DNA of 33,800 nucleotides from Candidatus Thorarchaeota archaeon (lineage in GTDB: Archaea > Asgardarchaeota > Thorarchaeia > Thorarchaeales > Thorarchaeaceae). Below the pieces are notes generated by a model. That model saw only the letters and a program-made list of their open reading frames with translations. It did not search any database and was not told where the DNA came from. Made by a program: the position numbers and the translations under genes. The stretch lies in assembly GCA_046482545.1 (NCBI GenBank), contig JAWOEX010000007.1:1-33800 (forward strand), in the 5' to 3' direction. This document shows, piece after piece, positions 10,158-19,670 of the stretch (positions within the stretch are counted from its first letter, which is position 1; every line of letters starts with the position of its first letter).

Positions 10158-11849
10158 TCAGCTGAATGCAAGGACCGTTGCAACCAACCATGCGAAGAGA
10201 AGACTATTGAGAAGTATACCAACTAATTCGTCTCTTGTTGCCCTGTACGTCCATACCGATATTACGATAGACACCGTGAACCAAGGAGCAAAAGCATAGA
10301 AGAACAGGAACGAGAAGCCAATAAGCCCTTGCACAATCGGTACACCGGTTGCAAGCCCAACACCATATTGCAGGCTAATGACCAGCAAATAGGGTAATAC
10401 TTTAGCAAAGACACCTCTAATCGTCCAGCGAATATATCCCTCCAGCTTATCTGCTCTTCCCTTCATTGTTAGTAACCACTTCGATTCAACCATGAAATAT
10501 GGTAGGAATACTAGACTGTAGATAGGCCATAGGAGGGCACGCGATACGGTAAAGTCGTTCAATCCCGGCAGAAAACAGCGGAAGTCAAGCGCTAGCCCTA
10601 GGTCCACTATCAATGTCCAAGCATATAGCCACGAAACCATGGTTAGAACGAGGAAGAGCACTCTGATTATACGCTCTTTGTCGATTGATTCTATACTCTT
10701 CTGAAGATTCCATCCAACGCCACTCTTATCCAGCAAGCGGATGGCAACAAGGACCAGAATGGTAGTACCTAGTATCCAAGACATAACTGGCAATGCATAT
10801 CGCTGGGGGAAGCTAACAAACGATTCCAGAAGAGTCCCAACACCAAGAAGGGGAAAGAAGCCAGCAAGCCCAATGGTTCCACAGATGAATCCCTTGTATA
10901 ATGGCAGTTGCCCCTCTAATGTCTCCTGTTCTTGACGATTCTTCAGTGGTGAGAAAAATGGATGTTCGGCAATGAATGCAGCCAGTGGAAGAATGCTGAC
11001 AATCAGTCCCACGATTCCAATGAGGCCGCCCAACAGCCAGAATGGATAGATGAGATTCTCCTTCGGAAGGAAATCAGTATTGTAAGTATCCGATTTTAGC
11101 GATTGACCTAACCAGTCAACGCTCTCTTCGATAATCACGGGATCAACCGTTTCGAAGAGATGATTTGTATTCGCGGTAACCAACTTTCTTGCTGAACCGT
11201 CATCATGTGAGCCATAGGTTACTCCCGTCTCGATTGTCTCGGTGCCAAAGCATTTCTTGAGTGAGCTTCTATCAGAAGCTTGCCTGAACAACGAATCAAA
11301 CAAACCAACGGTAACCAACAAGTTACTTGGTCGTGTGGTATTATACCAGTCATACACGTAGCCACCAACGATTACCAGTGCCCCGACTTGCTTGCTTGTC
11401 TCATTGAGCACACTTCCCGCAATGCCACTTCCCATACTATGACCTATAATACCAAGAGAACTACTGTCAACAAAATTCAGACCGGACAAATGGTCAAGGC
11501 CTGCTAGGCCGCTCCCACTGCCGGCATCTGAATTTCCATGCCCATTCACATCGATTGTGAGGGTTACAAAGCCACGACGCGAGAGTTCGATACCGAAGCC
11601 CATAACCCACTCCTTGTTCTGCAATGCCCCATGGATGACAAGTACTCCTGGGAATGGGTTGGACGAATCAGCTTCTTTCGGTTTTTGAAGTGTACTATGG
11701 ATGAGTGAACCATCTTCTGCTGTGAAATCCATTTCAGTCACGATTACTGTTCCGAAATTATTCTGGACAGACCATGACAAGATTGTTCCGGATACAAGTA
11801 GTATCACTGCTATACCGAGCACCAGCTTTCTCAGATGTTGAACATCCAT
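10158..11849 (-). CDS. Membrane-anchored alpha/beta hydrolase with multi-TM C-terminal domain
   Basis: N-terminal TM segment, VIHG, GHGNS, nucleophile elbow GHSMG, then several TM segments. Confidence 0.82.
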   Translation of the reverse strand: MDVQHLRKLVLGIAVILLVSGTILSWSVQNNFGTVIVTEMDFTAEDGSLIHSTLQKPKEADSSNPFPGVLVIHGALQNKEWVMGFGIELSRRGFVTLTIDVNGHGNSDAGSGSGLAGLDHLSGLNFVDSSSLGIIGHSMGSGIAGSVLNETSKQVGALVIVGGYVYDWYNTTRPSNLLVTVGLFDSLFRQASDRSSLKKCFGTETIETGVTYGSHDDGSARKLVTANTNHLFETVDPVIIEESVDWLGQSLKSDTYNTDFLPKENLIYPFWLLGGLIGIVGLIVSILPLAAFIAEHPFFSPLKNRQEQETLEGQLPLYKGFICGTIGLAGFFPLLGVGTLLESFVSFPQRYALPVMSWILGTTILVLVAIRLLDKSGVGWNLQKSIESIDKERIIRVLFLVLTMVSWLYAWTLIVDLGLALDFRCFLPGLNDFTVSRALLWPIYSLVFLPYFMVESKWLLTMKGRADKLEGYIRWTIRGVFAKVLPYLLVISLQYGVGLATGVPIVQGLIGFSFLFFYAFAPWFTVSIVISVWTYRATRDELVGILLNSLLFAWLVATVLAFS

Positions 11850-11955
11850 TTGATATCTGCCTCAATTGTTAGCATTATCTTGTTAGTACAGTAAGTGGGA
11901 TTAATATTAAAATCGGTTTGTTGTGAAAGTACCTTCCCAACGTTGCAATAGATGT

Positions 11956-12075
11956 TTAAGAATGAGCAAAGGGTTCTTCTAGGCACCTCTTGATGACATG
12001 CCTTGTATCTTTGAAGAGCTGCAGAAGAGAACCATCAAGAAAACTGCTAATTTGGATTGCAGTACTTGTAGACAT
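11956..12075 (-). CDS. Possible small protein (39 aa, MSTSTAIQISSFLDG...)
   Basis: Only plausible ATG ORF in a 430-bp gap; purine-rich upstream sequence; no recognisable domain. Confidence 0.25.
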   Translation of the reverse strand: MSTSTAIQISSFLDGSLLQLFKDTRHVIKRCLEEPFAHS

Positions 12076-12280
12076 GTTGTCTACTTCGCAAGACACGGTT
12101 TTGATGTAATTAGCTTTGGTACTTTTCAGATTGCAGTTGCACTGAAAAAAACAACTGTTTCCTAACAAGAACTAAGTATCTGATATGTGCAACCACCAGA
12201 ACGGAGATTTCCTTTTCATACCCCGACCAAATCTTTGGTTGTAGAACTTCTGCTAAAGCCATCCAATCAGTCTGAAGTAT

Positions 12281-13480
12281 TCAGTCAAAAAATTGAGGAA
12301 ATCCGGTCTTTATGAGGACAACCAAGAGCGATAGCAACTCAATTATTCCTGCTACAACAAAGGCTATGATAAAATCACTATGGAGTAGGACAACACCCAA
12401 TACAATCGGGCCTAGCATCATTCCAGCATTACCTAGCAAATTGAAAAAGCCCATCCCTGTGGCCCGGTCAGCTGAGGGCACGGAATCCCCAACCCATGCC
12501 ATAGTAGGTGGCGCCGTTAGACCGGAGAAGGTTCCCAAAAGAACAAGAGATACGATAAGAGGATGCAACCCTATCTGAGCTGCTAAGCCTACCGATAGTA
12601 AGGTAACTGCGTAGGAAGAACTACCAATAATTATCAATTTGCTTCTCCCAATTTTGTCGGAAAGCTTACCTATCGGATATTGTAGTAGAATGAAGGGTGT
12701 TGCGAATAGACCCAGTATAACCCCTCTGAAGGACTCGGATATACCCAAGACCCTGACTAACAATAATGGTAATGCTGTTAGGATGAAACCCATGTGTAGT
12801 CTATCCACAAAATTAACTATGGCAGGGATTTTTATTTCTGGACACCGGTCTGCAATCATTATGCTTTCTCGAATGCATTCGCGGGCATTCAGATGTTGAG
12901 GTTCTCTTATTCCACAGAGTGCAACCGTTCCTACGATTAAACTGAAGAACGAAGCAATATAATACGGTTGAAAGACCCCGTATCTAGCAACAATCCCACC
13001 TATTACTGGCCCCAAGCCCATAGCAACAGCCAAAAAAACCCCAAATATCCCCATATTCCTCCCGCGATTATCAGAAGTAGAAATATCTAGAACAAGAGTC
13101 ATTAATGTCTGCCAAGCTAGTACCGCAAATATGCCTTGAGTAAACCTCATTGCCAGAAGGATGGAATAGATACCAGTAGTGGTCATGAGCCAATAAAACA
13201 AAGAACCTCCGAAGCCACCGACTACTATGAAGATTTTTCTCTTAGCTATTCTATCAGAAAGTATGCCTACAATTATTCCGAATATCAGATACGATAGATA
13301 AAGGGTCGAATCAAAAAGAGAATACTCGAATTCGGATATTTCGGGGAACCGGGCCAAGATGAATTCTGGTTCATTCGTATACAATAGTGCTGCTGCAGAA
13401 ACAGTCAATAGCACTAGGATACCCGATAGGATAATCTGTCTGATGTTTGTTGTATCTTGGTGGGGAGTTTTCATTGACAT
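12281..13480 (-). CDS. MFS transporter
   Basis: Motif A twice (GILSDRIAKR, GKLSDKIGRS), about 12 TM segments; start trimmed to MSMKT at 13480. Confidence 0.9.
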   Translation of the reverse strand: MSMKTPHQDTTNIRQIILSGILVLLTVSAAALLYTNEPEFILARFPEISEFEYSLFDSTLYLSYLIFGIIVGILSDRIAKRKIFIVVGGFGGSLFYWLMTTTGIYSILLAMRFTQGIFAVLAWQTLMTLVLDISTSDNRGRNMGIFGVFLAVAMGLGPVIGGIVARYGVFQPYYIASFFSLIVGTVALCGIREPQHLNARECIRESIMIADRCPEIKIPAIVNFVDRLHMGFILTALPLLLVRVLGISESFRGVILGLFATPFILLQYPIGKLSDKIGRSKLIIIGSSSYAVTLLSVGLAAQIGLHPLIVSLVLLGTFSGLTAPPTMAWVGDSVPSADRATGMGFFNLLGNAGMMLGPIVLGVVLLHSDFIIAFVVAGIIELLSLLVVLIKTGFPQFFD

Positions 13481-13602
13481 CCACAAATTGACCTTTTGCA
13501 CGATATGATAATAAATCTCGGAAAATTGAAAGAAAAAACGTACATCACTACAGGAAGAAAAATAGCCCAGGAAGTATAACGATTCCCGCCTTTGGATGTA
13601 TG

Positions 13603-14787
13603 TCATTCAAGCCCCAATACAGGAAAAATCAGTTCCTTGACTTTCTCTATCACATCATCAACTGCGCGGCTGATGTTTGGCTCATGTTTACAGTCCCTCT
13701 TGGTAGGTCGATCTGTCCATCCCCCCCTCTTGACCTGCTGGTCGTAGCTTCTACAGAGTTCAATCCATTCTGCAGGCAGAAGTGGGGGTAATGGCACACC
13801 GGCCAAATCAGAAAGAAGGATTGTCCAGACTTTCGCAGTTACAACGGGGTTGTATCCGCCCCCTCCTACAGCCACAAGTTTTTTCGTTCCCAAATTGGTA
13901 AGCTGCTTGACCGTCAAGGCTAGCCTTCTATATGTATCAAGTGTCAGCATCATATCGGCAAGCGGATCTTCCTTATGACCATCTGCACCTACTTCCCAAA
14001 AAACCAAGTCCGGCTTGTATTCTAACCATATGGGAACCACCAAATCCTCAAATGCTCTCCAGAACTCATAGTCATCAGTCAATGGTGGTAGGGGTATGTT
14101 TACTGAGTAGCCTTCTCCTTCACCTGAACCATTCTCTTCAGGCCTGCCAGTTCCGGGATAGAACCCCAAGCTCAGCTCATGCATCGAGATTGTCAGGACA
14201 TTAGGATCAGTATAGAACGCCTGCTGTGTTCCGTTTCCATGGTGCACATCGGTATCCAAGTACAGTACTTTCTTGTCTGGATATTCTTTCCTGTATCTCT
14301 TGAGAGCGATTACGCAATCATTGTAGTAGCAGAAGCCTCCGGCTTGACTTTCAAGTGCATGGTGAAACCCACCAAACAAGGAAAAAGCAGTATCAAATTC
14401 ACCTTCTGCAACAGCCATTGTCGCATCGATGGTCGTACCTACTGGATAGCTGGCATACTTGTCCATTTCTCTGAAAACGGGACACTCCTCACTATCTAGA
14501 CCAAATCGAGAGGCGAAGGCTGTTCCCATGTTGCTGAATAGCTCCATAGTCTCAATATATGAGCGGTCATGGAATATCTCAAGTTCTTCTCGAGTTGCTA
14601 GCCGCATTGGATACAACTCAATCTTGTTACTATCCGTGATACCTGCCATGACCGGAAGTTTCCATGCAAGGTCAAGCCTAGCACGGTTCCAAAATGGGTT
14701 GGGTGCGGGGCGTGTGCTTTCAAGATGGTCAATGCCATCAAGTTTGAGAAGATTAGTCGGGTCAAAGAAAAGCGTTGGAGTTGCCAT
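13603..14787 (-). CDS. acuC: Zn-dependent lysine deacetylase, AcuC/HDAC family
   Basis: GGFHHA, GFCYYND, DTDVHHGNG, GADGHKEDPL and GGGGY all intact. Confidence 0.88.
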   Translation of the reverse strand: MATPTLFFDPTNLLKLDGIDHLESTRPAPNPFWNRARLDLAWKLPVMAGITDSNKIELYPMRLATREELEIFHDRSYIETMELFSNMGTAFASRFGLDSEECPVFREMDKYASYPVGTTIDATMAVAEGEFDTAFSLFGGFHHALESQAGGFCYYNDCVIALKRYRKEYPDKKVLYLDTDVHHGNGTQQAFYTDPNVLTISMHELSLGFYPGTGRPEENGSGEGEGYSVNIPLPPLTDDYEFWRAFEDLVVPIWLEYKPDLVFWEVGADGHKEDPLADMMLTLDTYRRLALTVKQLTNLGTKKLVAVGGGGYNPVVTAKVWTILLSDLAGVPLPPLLPAEWIELCRSYDQQVKRGGWTDRPTKRDCKHEPNISRAVDDVIEKVKELIFPVLGLE

Positions 14788-14995
14788 GGTTTTTCCCCAT
14801 TAGTGCTCAAGTTTATGATTCGAATGTTCCTGTGACTTCAAGTTCGCCATGATAGCCCTCTGCCTAATATAGTACATCCTATGTTAACAGATTGATACGA
14901 ATGACTTGAAGCCTACGGTCGCGGCTATCTATGCTATTTCCTTTACAAAACTACGCTTCGAAATCCTCATTATCCCATGAGTTAAGATTCTGATT

Positions 14996-16024
14996 ATGTC
15001 AAAGTTCGAGCTGCTTGAGGAGAGTCTAATAGGAAACCTAGGCGAAAGCATTCCCTATTCGCTCTGGCAACACCATCCACGAATCGACAGGACCCCGGAA
15101 GGGCTAGCAGAAGCCGAAATAGAATTCATGAAGAAGTACGATGTTACCTGTGGAAAGATAAGCTTCCATGGGCGGTATCCTGTTGTTGACTGGGGCTGCG
15201 AGGCAGTTTATGACGGAGCCATATCTGGTTCAACCACCTGTGAAAATTGTGCAATTCAAGAAACCAGCGATTGGGAAGAACTGGAGCCAGTCGATGTTAA
15301 TGCTGGCGAATTTGGGAAGCAGATTCGTGCTATAGAGCTGATTCAGAAGTATGCCGAAGGGCGGGTTCCTATCATGGCAACGATATTTGATGCACCGATG
15401 GTGGCCTCGAAGCTATGTGATGGCCAATTCGTTGATTACATAGAGCAAGAACCAGAGCTCATGCATCACGTTCTAGATATGCTTACTGATGTCATGATTG
15501 ATTTCGCACGGGCTACCCTACAAGCTGGCTCCCATGGTCTCTTTGTTGCTTCACAACACTCTACGACATCTGCTGTAACAGACAAGCAATATGCTGACTT
15601 TGTTTTTCCGTATGATAAGAAGCTCATCACAAAACTACGGGGAAAGACCAAATTCCTTGTGGTACACCTTCATGCCCGAGAAGAAGGAGAGGCAATCAGA
15701 TTTGACAAAGTTTCTCGTTTACCCGGCGTCAGCGCAATCAATTGGGAGGATCAAAGTGTTTCGCCATTGCTTGCTGAGGGCAAGAAGAAATCGAGAAAAG
15801 CGGTCTTTGGTGGAATCGACCACAATAACGTACTAAGGACGGGTGAACCTAACGAGGTACGTGAACAGGTATTGGACGCTGTGCGGGATGCAGGTCTACG
15901 AAAACTAGTCGTTGCTCCCGGATGTGTTATACCCATTGACACACCACCAGAGAATTTTCAGGCGGTAGTTGATGCTGTACAATCCATCGATCCTTGGTCC
16001 CGGGAATGGGAGGAGTACGCTTGA
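14996..16024 (+). CDS. Uroporphyrinogen decarboxylase/MtaA-family protein
   Basis: SLWQHHP, VVHLH, GGID, VAPGCVIPIDTPPEN pattern. Confidence 0.8.
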   Translation: MSKFELLEESLIGNLGESIPYSLWQHHPRIDRTPEGLAEAEIEFMKKYDVTCGKISFHGRYPVVDWGCEAVYDGAISGSTTCENCAIQETSDWEELEPVDVNAGEFGKQIRAIELIQKYAEGRVPIMATIFDAPMVASKLCDGQFVDYIEQEPELMHHVLDMLTDVMIDFARATLQAGSHGLFVASQHSTTSAVTDKQYADFVFPYDKKLITKLRGKTKFLVVHLHAREEGEAIRFDKVSRLPGVSAINWEDQSVSPLLAEGKKKSRKAVFGGIDHNNVLRTGEPNEVREQVLDAVRDAGLRKLVVAPGCVIPIDTPPENFQAVVDAVQSIDPWSREWEEYA

Positions 16025-17736
16025 GCAGGAACCAAGAAGTTGGTGAAATGCTCAAAGAAATAGGGCTACTTCTTGAAGTCAAAGGAGCCAACAAATGGAA
16101 GACGCGAGCTTATAAACGGGCCACAAGAGCTATTACCTCCTACGGCGAAGATATCGAATCCGTATACGCCAGAGGAGAGCTGACTGAAATACCCGGCATT
16201 GGAGATGCCATTGCAGCAAAGATAGGTAGCTACTTGGATTCGGGCATAGTATCAGAGCTTGAGAAGATCCGTTCTGAGATACCTGTCAAGGTTATGGAGT
16301 TGGAGGCCATACCCGGGGTTGGCCCCAAGACTATGAAGCTTGTATACGACGAACTCGGCGTAACAGATTTGGACTCCATGGAAAAAGCGGCTGAAGAAGG
16401 TCGAATTGCAGCGCTGAAGGGAATGGGTAAGAAAACTGAAAAACAAATTCTCGAGGGCATTGCATTGGTTCGCTCAGGACTGGGAAGGACTCTGCTTGCT
16501 GATGCCCTCCCATATGCAGAACAACTCGTTGATTACTTGAGAGAATTACCGGGAGTTACTGAGCTTGCTTTGGCCGGATCAATCAGGCGCAGGAGAGAAA
16601 CTGTACATGATGTAGACATTTTGGTTTCAGCCGATAATGCTGAGAAGATCATGAAGGCCTTTGTAGAAGTTGAATATGTAGACGAGATTATCGCGCATGG
16701 AACAACTAAATCATCAGTACGGCTGGATAATGCGCTCCAGATTGACCTACGAATTATCCCGGCTGAAAGCTTTGGTGCAGGCCTTCAGTATTTTACTGGG
16801 AGCGTCGACCACAACGTTCAGCTCCGGTCAATTGCCCAGAGTAAGGACATGCTGCTCAATGAGTATGGTCTCTTTCAGGGTGAGAAGAAGGTGGTTGGCG
16901 CTGATGAGAGAGATATCTATCAAGAACTGGGATTGGATTACATCCCCTCAGAACTCAGGGAGGACAAAGGCGAGATAGAAGCTGCCCAGAAAGGTCGCCT
17001 ACCAGATTTGACAACCCTTGAAGATATACGCGGTGATCTTCATTCGCATACTGACCAGTCTGACGGGTCGAATACAATCCACGAGATGCTGAGCGCAGCT
17101 GATGAATTAGGCTACGAGTATTATTGCGTTTCTGACCACACGCAGAGTCTGACCATTGCTAATGGCATGGATGAAAAACGCCTTCTTGCTCGGATACACG
17201 AGGTTGATGAAATCAACGATTCTGGCCGCTACAATTCAACTGTACTAAAAGGAGCTGAAGTTGACATCCTAGAAGAAGGTATGCTGGACATTACAGATGA
17301 TGTTCTTGAACAGCTTGATGTTGTTACCGTTTCCATTCATAGCAGAATGAAAGATGACAAAGCCACCATGACCAAACGAGTGTGCAAAGCTCTAAAGAAC
17401 AAACATGTACACATCCTAGGCCATCCAACAGGAAGAATGCTTCTGAAACGGGCCGCCTATGAAATTGACCTCGATTCGGTCATGGAAGTTGCTCACCGCA
17501 ACAATGTTGCAATGGAGCTTAACGCATATCCAAACCGTCTGGACTTGAACCCAGGAAATCTCAGGGCTGCAAAACGGGTGGGCTTGAAGATTGCCATAAA
17601 CACCGATGCACACAAAATAAGCCACCTTGAGCACATGAGATATGGTGTATTTCAAGCACGCCGAGGCTGGATTGAACCTAGTGATGTCCTGAATACGCTC
17701 ACACTCGAAGAGCTCCGTGAAGCATTGAAGAAGTAG
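16021..17736 (+). CDS. polX: DNA polymerase X with PHP domain
   Basis: HhH motifs (IPGIG, IPGVG), AGSIRRRRETVHDVD, FTGS, PHP motifs DLHSHT, SDH, HPTGR, NTDAH; TTG start overlaps the upstream TGA (TTGA). Confidence 0.95.
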   Translation: MSRNQEVGEMLKEIGLLLEVKGANKWKTRAYKRATRAITSYGEDIESVYARGELTEIPGIGDAIAAKIGSYLDSGIVSELEKIRSEIPVKVMELEAIPGVGPKTMKLVYDELGVTDLDSMEKAAEEGRIAALKGMGKKTEKQILEGIALVRSGLGRTLLADALPYAEQLVDYLRELPGVTELALAGSIRRRRETVHDVDILVSADNAEKIMKAFVEVEYVDEIIAHGTTKSSVRLDNALQIDLRIIPAESFGAGLQYFTGSVDHNVQLRSIAQSKDMLLNEYGLFQGEKKVVGADERDIYQELGLDYIPSELREDKGEIEAAQKGRLPDLTTLEDIRGDLHSHTDQSDGSNTIHEMLSAADELGYEYYCVSDHTQSLTIANGMDEKRLLARIHEVDEINDSGRYNSTVLKGAEVDILEEGMLDITDDVLEQLDVVTVSIHSRMKDDKATMTKRVCKALKNKHVHILGHPTGRMLLKRAAYEIDLDSVMEVAHRNNVAMELNAYPNRLDLNPGNLRAAKRVGLKIAINTDAHKISHLEHMRYGVFQARRGWIEPSDVLNTLTLEELREALKK

Positions 17737-17752
17737 TTTTCATACACTTTCC

Positions 17753-17808
17753 GGTCACAAATTGTGACTACCGATTGTGACCCCATATAGTGGCTTTCTA
17801 TTATATAC
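17753..17808 (+). promoter_or_regulatory. Palindromic operator plus TATA-like box upstream of the micro-ORFs
   Basis: GTCACAA-A-TTGTGAC (17754-17768), extra ATTGTGAC (17774-17781), TTCTATTATATA (17797-17808). Confidence 0.5.
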
Positions 17809-17839
17809 TAACTCTGAGTGGTATGTCATGTGAACCATC

Positions 17840-17947
17840 ATGAACCGAACTGTAAACACCCCCCGCTCAGAGAAGAAGAACATCACAGGAATAGCATACC
17901 AGTCTACCGAAGCACTCGGTTATGCTTACGCAACTATCAGGAGATGA
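17840..17947 (+). CDS. Micro-ORF 1 (35 aa, MNRTVNTPRSEKKNITGIAYQSTEALGYAYATIRR)
   Basis: First of three tightly packed ATG ORFs downstream of a TATA-like box. Confidence 0.4.
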   Translation: MNRTVNTPRSEKKNITGIAYQSTEALGYAYATIRR

Positions 17948-17951
17948 TTGC

Positions 17952-18041
17952 ATGAACTACAGGAAAAATACAATCCAAGCCAACGGTCCGAAAAAGGTCA
18001 TGTCTACGAACGCAATTGCAAACCGTTACTTCTCGAGGTAG
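17952..18041 (+). CDS. Micro-ORF 2 (29 aa, MNYRKNTIQANGPKKVMSTNAIANRYFSR)
   Basis: SD-like AGGAGA overlapping the end of ORF1; 4-nt gap. Confidence 0.45.
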   Translation: MNYRKNTIQANGPKKVMSTNAIANRYFSR

Positions 18042-18048
18042 AATTGCA

Positions 18049-18153
18049 ATGAGCAATAAGGTCGCTAGGTCCACCCTTACTGCATCGGAAGAATCTCGTA
18101 ACGAAGAAAACAGATTAACCGTCGAAGAAGTGCTCGCGTTGGAACCAACGTGA
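18049..18153 (+). CDS. Micro-ORF 3 (34 aa, MSNKVARSTLTASEESRNEENRLTVEEVLALEPT)
   Basis: SD GAGGT overlapping the end of ORF2; 7-nt gap. Confidence 0.45.
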   Translation: MSNKVARSTLTASEESRNEENRLTVEEVLALEPT

Positions 18154-18183
18154 TTGCTTACTTCCGTTCTTTTGTCATACTAC

Positions 18184-19059
18184 CTATCCTGTATCATGCA
18201 TCACTCTTTTCTTAGCCAAGAATTCGGAATCCTTTCTTTCGAATCCTTCTGCATACAGGTAATCAAGAATTTCTTGGTGTATGTCTTGGATCCAGAATAC
18301 CACCTGCTCTGTTTGGACTTCGCACATGGCGCCTTTTATCACGTCACGACCATATCCCTCTTTGTAGCTGAAAGATACAGTTGTTGTACCCTTGGTGGAT
18401 TGATTGGGTATCATCTGCATGAATCCGACCACCATATTGCTTTCCGGCTCAGAGAGAGCATAACATTCTCCCCCTCTAATGGTGTATTCCCATGTCATTC
18501 GATCCCGATAACCCCAGTAGGTGTCCGGCTCTAAGTAGGTAAAGAGTGGAATGTGTTCTAGCCGCGCTATACCAACGTCAAGATTGAATTCTGCTGCGGT
18601 AGTATCAGCGGGTCCTTGTAGCTGGAGGATAAGAGATTGGATACCGTATCCAAGCCCCTCCACGAATGAGATGGCTTTTGTTCTATGAGTCTTCGGAGCA
18701 ATCGCAAAATGGGTGATAGCTGGATTCAGTTCCAGAAACGTCTTTTCGGATTCTTCAACAATCTGGGTTCCTATCCCTTGATTTCTCATCTTAGGGTCTA
18801 CAGCAATTTCCCATATTGTGCCCCAACCCAGATTTCGCAACATGAGATTGATTGCAACACCCACAACCTCCTCATCAACAATCGCCACCTTCCAGAGCTT
18901 TTCGAGGTCACCACTGATTTTGCAACGGTCCCAAGATCGAGAGAACCCCTCAAAGCTCATTTCAAAATCGGGGAACCCTGTTTCATACACACCGTAAGCC
19001 GCGGTCTTCTCACCATTTTTCGGAGGCCGGATTGTAACTTTGGGGGCTTCTTCGGACAT
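18184..19059 (-). CDS. GNAT family N-acetyltransferase
   Basis: Motif A IAVDPKMRNQGIGT; SD AGGTGG upstream of MSEEAPK. Confidence 0.85.
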   Translation of the reverse strand: MSEEAPKVTIRPPKNGEKTAAYGVYETGFPDFEMSFEGFSRSWDRCKISGDLEKLWKVAIVDEEVVGVAINLMLRNLGWGTIWEIAVDPKMRNQGIGTQIVEESEKTFLELNPAITHFAIAPKTHRTKAISFVEGLGYGIQSLILQLQGPADTTAAEFNLDVGIARLEHIPLFTYLEPDTYWGYRDRMTWEYTIRGGECYALSEPESNMVVGFMQMIPNQSTKGTTTVSFSYKEGYGRDVIKGAMCEVQTEQVVFWIQDIHQEILDYLYAEGFERKDSEFLAKKRVMHDTG

Positions 19060-19210
19060 CAATACCACCTACTGTATTAGCGTCTGTCTTCTACCAATGG
19101 GCTTGGGTGAAGATGACTCCAGATAGTAAGTCTTCAAGACATCCCCCCAAAATAAGCCTGATTCTTTGGCAACAGATTCAGCAAAAACATGGCACATATA
19201 CAGAAAAGGT

Positions 19211-19278
19211 AAATCTTACAAAAAGGTCAAAAAAATTCGGGTACAAAAGTGTAAAAAATCTGCAAGATTTCCTGCAAG
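19211..19278. repeat. ~68-bp element A with phased TCTTACA-like motifs; inverted copy at 20572-20638
   Basis: Reverse complement of 19241-19278 matches 20572-20609 at 29/38; 19211-19223 matches 20626-20638 at 11/13. Confidence 0.7.
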
Positions 19279-19329
19279 CCTGATTCGGACAACAAACGAG
19301 GGGAGTTCATTAAGTCAAGTACGGAACCC

Positions 19330-19670
19330 GGGTCTAGTAGGACTGGGGCGGTGAGCCACTCCCAACGGGAGAAGCGCTCAGCCCCGAAGGCTGTGAGGTG
19401 GACTCGTTCCACTAAGCAGAAGTCCCCACTCTCCAAGCAAGGGACTTCATCGAGTTCCGGAGAGTCCGCGGCTGTTCACCATGTCCGTAATGGACCTCCT
19501 CTGCGGCGATGACAAAGCCGAGGTGGGTGATCATGACCCCGCAGGGGTAAGAGCTGTGGAAACCCTCGCTGTCGCCGGGAGTGTTGACCCGGGAACACGA
19601 CAGGAGACAGAAGCCAGGACCGCGTGAGGAATCCTATTCCAGTGAATGCGGACAAAACCCCTGCTGACTC
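19330..19670 (+). ncRNA. Large structured ncRNA: HgcC/omegaRNA-like 5' module plus K-turn-containing 3' domain
   Basis: GC-rich region with no convincing ORF; TATA-like TTCATTAAG (19306-19314); terminal stem GGGUC-U-AGUAGG/CCUGCU-GACUC; several hairpins; GAAGUCCCC...GUUCAC; canonical K-turn at 19620-19651. Confidence 0.75.
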
